From the IMG/VR virus record IMGVR_UViG_3300020577_007013: DNA of 64,000 bases. One strand, 5' to 3'. The stretch comes from a virus. Taxonomy: Duplodnaviria; Caudoviricetes. The notes beneath the pieces were generated by a model. That model searched no databases. It was given only the letters and a program-made list of their open reading frames with translations, and was not told where the DNA came from. A program made the translations under genes and the position numbers. Positions 60,491 through 64,000 of the stretch are shown here, one piece after another. The stretch's first letter is position 1. Each line of letters opens with the position of its first letter.

Positions 60491-60829
60491 ATGAATCCTT
60501 ATAAGAGTCTATTTACTGAAGCTCCAGCAGCACCGACTACTACCACCCCTCTTCCCACATCAAATCCTAAAGTAGTAAACTCGAATGTAAAGGTAACACC
60601 TGGAAATGCAAAGCAAATTGTTCAAGCCAATAAAACTCAGAAAGTCTCACAAGCAGATACGAAGAATAGTCCCTCTAAACTTTTCAGAAATGCAGTAGGA
60701 AAAACAATCTTTGATCCGAAGAATGGGGTAATGTTAATTTTCTCTCAAGAAGGAATTAAGATAGCAAATGTCAAAACTAATAAAGTCGTTGCTGACTTGT
60801 CCTTCAATGATCTCAAATTTAAGACTTAG
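60491..60829 (+). CDS. YKSxFxE-motif protein
   Basis: MNPYKSLFTEA; ACTAA 5 nt upstream. Confidence 0.6.
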   Translation: MNPYKSLFTEAPAAPTTTTPLPTSNPKVVNSNVKVTPGNAKQIVQANKTQKVSQADTKNSPSKLFRNAVGKTIFDPKNGVMLIFSQEGIKIANVKTNKVVADLSFNDLKFKT

Positions 60830-61019
60830 ACCCTTCCTCTCTAATGATCTGACGAACCTTAGCATTAGAGTCCATATCATAGATGATAAAATCACAAGCA
60901 ACACACTCTTGTCCTTTCAAATCTTTTGCTTCTGATTTTCCTAAAGTAAAGACCAAGTCTTCTTTAAGGACTAGTGAGTTTTTAGCTCCACAGTATGGAC
61001 ATTCTTCTCTCTCTTTCAT
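60819..61019 (-). CDS. YgiT/MqsA-type zinc finger protein
   Basis: CPYCG...LKGQECVACD. Confidence 0.6.
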   Translation of the reverse strand: MKEREECPYCGAKNSLVLKEDLVFTLGKSEAKDLKGQECVACDFIIYDMDSNAKVRQIIREEGSKS

Positions 61020-61273
61020 TTGAATGACTTAGCTTCCTTTATCATTTTTTCGACTCTGTTGCTAGATTCCTGATCGTAGATTCCGTCGTGGCATTTGCTG
61101 CATTCGTATCCCTTAAGGTTCTCTATAAAGAGTCTGAACCTTGGGGATTTGAAAGTCATGAGTTCATTTCGTCTCATTGAGTCTTTAGCTCCACAAGACG
61201 GGCAGTCTTTCCATACTCTGTCTTTCATTTTGTAAAAAGTCCTTTGATATTTATTGCTAAACTTTTTGCCCAA
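61016..61273 (-). CDS. YgiT/MqsA-type zinc finger protein
   Basis: CPSCG...ENLKGYECSKCHDGIYD. Confidence 0.65.
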   Translation of the reverse strand: MGKKFSNKYQRTFYKMKDRVWKDCPSCGAKDSMRRNELMTFKSPRFRLFIENLKGYECSKCHDGIYDQESSNRVEKMIKEAKSFK

Positions 61274-61692
61274 CTAGGAGCATACAGTTCATTTGAAATA
61301 CAGAGAGTCATTAACTTAACATTTTGAGCTCTTTCAGAAAAGAAAGGACATTCATCAGTAATAAGAATTACAGGATTTCCTATATCTTTGATCAGTCCTG
61401 AATCAGTACCGCCGCCCCATTTAATTTGAAGGTCATTGAGTCTCTCTTTACTTGTGACCACTTTCAAATGGTTAATCTCATGAGAAAGCTCCCATAGCAT
61501 GAAAGGAGAGATCTTCAAAATCATTTCGAGAATCTCTCTAAGGTCCACTTTATTTTGTGAGACGTAATATTCCATAGAGCCGCTTACGTCAAGAAATACA
61601 TGAGGATTTTCTCCGTCTAAGAATCTTTTGATTTGAGACTTGAGTCTTTGCTTTCTGAAAAAAGTTTTTATGAGATCGATAAGCTTCTTCAT
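61225..61692 (-). CDS. VWA-like domain protein
   Basis: DVSGSM (MIDAS), GGGTD, ILITD. Confidence 0.7.
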   Translation of the reverse strand: MKKLIDLIKTFFRKQRLKSQIKRFLDGENPHVFLDVSGSMEYYVSQNKVDLREILEMILKISPFMLWELSHEINHLKVVTSKERLNDLQIKWGGGTDSGLIKDIGNPVILITDECPFFSERAQNVKLMTLCISNELYAPSWAKSLAINIKGLFTK

Positions 61693-62030
61693 TCTACGAC
61701 TTCCTTCCAGTCACCGTCAAGTCTTAGATACTTTTTATATTCTTCACAACTCACGACTTTTAAATCTTCTTTCTCTATATAGTACATATCTTCATATCGT
61801 TTCTTATTTAAGTAGTAGGTAACTTTTTCTGAAGTACATCTAAACTGTAGAGTTCCTTCAGGAACATAGTAATAGTAGGCTATTATAGTTAGAGTAGTAA
61901 AGAGAATAGTGGTAGATCCTATAATAAGGAAGTTTTTAAGATCTTTCACATATAGAAAAAACAAAGTAAAGAGAAGTAGCATAATAGTGACTATTAATAG
62001 TACCCAAACGTCTCCAAATGATGTGTCCAT
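61689..62030 (-). CDS. two-TM membrane protein
   Basis: two hydrophobic helices. Confidence 0.55.
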   Translation of the reverse strand: MDTSFGDVWVLLIVTIMLLLFTLFFLYVKDLKNFLIIGSTTILFTTLTIIAYYYYVPEGTLQFRCTSEKVTYYLNKKRYEDMYYIEKEDLKVVSCEEYKKYLRLDGDWKEVVE

Positions 62031-62617
62031 TAGATTATCCTCTCTTCTCTATTTAAGTCCTTGTAAAATACCAAATCATAGTATTTCGTTACTTTCTTTT
62101 TGAGTGGCATGAGCTCCACTGTATAATCTTCATTACCTAGAAGAAGTAGAGTCTTAAGCCTATAGAACATTTCTCTGTCGAACTTATTTGAGAGTGTACG
62201 ACCTGGAAGTGTCATGACAAAAACGTTGGGTTGATACTTATCCATTCCTTTGTAGAACTCTACATATTTAGGCTCTACGTCGAAGATAGACAGACTATCC
62301 TCTCTTTTTCCTGTACATCCTTTACTTAGAGGAGGAGCATATATGATCGTATCGAATGGAGAAAGATCGACCCTCCTTACGTCTTCAATAATCCATTTTC
62401 CTTCAGGATAGAAGTCTTTCCAACGAGAGTCAATATCATTTCCAGTAACGTCGATTCCGAATTTTCTGTACTCTGTTTCAAGATCCTTAAGTGAAGGACC
62501 TACACAAAGTTCGATGACCTTTCGAGCTCCTAAAATGTGAAGGTACTCAGCTCTTTGTTGGCAGCATTCGATGTCTGTATGTGCTGTAGATAGGTCATCG
62601 ACAGTTGAAAGGTTCAT
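62030..62617 (-). CDS. SAM-dependent methyltransferase-like protein
   Basis: VIELCVGP, GNDID, DV, FDTIIYAPP. Confidence 0.55.
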   Translation of the reverse strand: MNLSTVDDLSTAHTDIECCQQRAEYLHILGARKVIELCVGPSLKDLETEYRKFGIDVTGNDIDSRWKDFYPEGKWIIEDVRRVDLSPFDTIIYAPPLSKGCTGKREDSLSIFDVEPKYVEFYKGMDKYQPNVFVMTLPGRTLSNKFDREMFYRLKTLLLLGNEDYTVELMPLKKKVTKYYDLVFYKDLNREERII

Positions 62618-63771
62618 TTATCACCTTCGATTAATTTGAGAAGTAGGTCAAGTTGGGCTTGTCTCACAGACCTAGCTTGAGTGATTCCTCTTCTTAATGA
62701 GATATCATGAGCATGTTCAGAGAAAGCATAAGGATATCCGATTGTCATTCTTAGACCTTCTACATCTTCTTTATCATTTTCATCAAAAATCTCCCAGATT
62801 CTCTGGGCTTTTTCCATTGAGCTCTTGACTCCCTCGATTGAAAGTAAGTCTTCACCTAAATTTTCAATACATTGATTGAAGCAAAAGACGGTAAATTCAA
62901 GTCGCTGATCTTTAGTCAGGAAGTGATCTTTTGTCAGAATCCAGATTATATCTTGATCAGGAATATTTAGCTTAAGTATTTCTCCATAAGACAGACTTTT
63001 TTTATTTCCGAAAGTTCTTTTCAATTGCTCAAGAGAATAGCAAGGAGAGTAAGGAAGAATTTCGTCTAATGTAATTGAGGTCTTCATTTAATCTTCTATA
63101 GCTTCCACAGTCACACGAAGACGTTTTCCGTTAAATTTACGTAAGTCATCATGCATAGCTTCCTCATCCCATGATTGGATTCTAACGAACATTCCAGCAT
63201 CTTCTGTTGTCTGTTCGACTTCCTGAGCACAAATAATGATTGCAGCACCACCATCTTCGATATCAAATGATTGATGACTGTGAGTCTTCTTCTCAATTTC
63301 TCCTTTAGCGATTACCAAAGGCTCAGATGTTTCGAATATCTTTTTCATTCGCTTTCTCCTCCATTTACTTCTCGTAAGTCTCTCTTAAGAGCTTGAATTG
63401 TACCATAAGAAGCTCCGTGATCTTTAGCACAATCGACTGAACAGTATGTAGGATATCCATTTCCATGTGCTACAGGAACTCCGCACAATTGGCAAGACTC
63501 TCCGTCAAGAATGTCATCAGTAAGGTCACCCATCGATTGTTCTCCTATCTCCACAGTATTTGCATTTTTGATGATACTCATAACCTATTTCATCTCCATC
63601 GTCTTGAAAAAGATCATCTTCATCATAGATCGAAACTCTATGTGTATCTTCCCAATGATGTTTGCATTTGACTGGAACTGCTTTACCGCAAGTGTCGCAA
63701 TACTGATAGCGACCGTCTTCAGTAATCTTTCCGAGTTTATGACGATGAAAGAGACTCAAACATGTCTCCAA
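62614..63771 (-). other. run of small hypothetical ORFs (62614-63087, 63088-63348, 63345-63581, 63526-63771)
   Basis: coupled short ORFs, several Cys-rich. Confidence 0.55.
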
Positions 63772-63977
63772 TTCTGACGTGAAGTAATTCTTCCTAGTTG
63801 AGTTAGAGAAATTGGAAGATTGAGTTTCTCTTTTATGGTGGATAGACTCAAGCCTTTTTGCTTTAGGAGACGAACAGTCTTGACTTCCTTTACCTTAAGT
63901 TTGGCCTTGAAGTTGCTCTCTCCTAAAAGTGGTCTAGGCCAACCATTAGGATTGTTTCCTTTTCCTACCCCTTTCAT
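63756..63977 (-). CDS. stand-alone homing-endonuclease-type DNA-binding (HTH) module
   Basis: GESNFKAKL..EV..R...W.HV resembles the C-terminal module of phage HNH endonucleases. Confidence 0.5.
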   Translation of the reverse strand: MKGVGKGNNPNGWPRPLLGESNFKAKLKVKEVKTVRLLKQKGLSLSTIKEKLNLPISLTQLGRITSRQNWRHV

Positions 63978-64000
63978 TCTTATAGAAGGATAAGTCTTAG

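Noticed and set aside
109-63777. Numerous short antisense ORFs in the ORF track (e.g. 3037-3303, 18836-19201, 38792-39121, 59853-60158)
   Set aside because: They lie opposite well-supported genes and look like shadow ORFs
1-64000. CRISPR array, tRNA or rRNA genes
   Set aside because: No regularly spaced repeats or convincing cloverleaf seen by eye; tRNAscan-SE was not run
1-64000. Apparent excess of GAGTC/GACTC/GTCTC/TCTAGA words
   Set aside because: Cannot be quantified by eye and may just reflect codon usage; needs k-mer observed/expected analysis

Overview
AT-rich segment of a large lytic myovirus (contractile tail sheath, tube, terminase) whose host is probably diderm. Left arm (1-25.5 kb, minus strand) is replication, recombination and nucleotide metabolism: beta-clamp-like protein, Rad50/SbcC ATPase, recA, putative SSB, class II RNR, DnaC-like loader, SNF2 helicase and family A polymerase. 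recA is fractured into two genes by an atypically split intein (12-aa N-fragment), with a Vsr-like endonuclease between the halves. A contiguous DNA-hypermodification cluster follows the polymerase: AlgD-like NDP-sugar dehydrogenase, dCMP deaminase, dCMP hydroxymethylase-like enzyme, BGT-like glycosyltransferase, SAM methyltransferase, dNMP kinase-UDG fusion and dUTPase. It suggests a uronic-acid-modified, possibly methylated, cytosine. Right arm (25.5-60.8 kb, mostly plus strand) is late/structural: fibre proteins, TerL, neck, sheath, tubes, a lysis-like block with an outer-membrane phospholipase A, and a membrane PP2C signalling module. About ten small proteins share an N-terminal MxxYKSxFxE motif resembling the T4 capsid-targeting sequence. 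Many late genes have ACTAA 5-9 nt before the start codon and no obvious Shine-Dalgarno. Minus-strand islands of small accessory genes lie at 56.4-59.5 kb and 60.8-64 kb. All family assignments come from motifs read by eye; no database searches were run.
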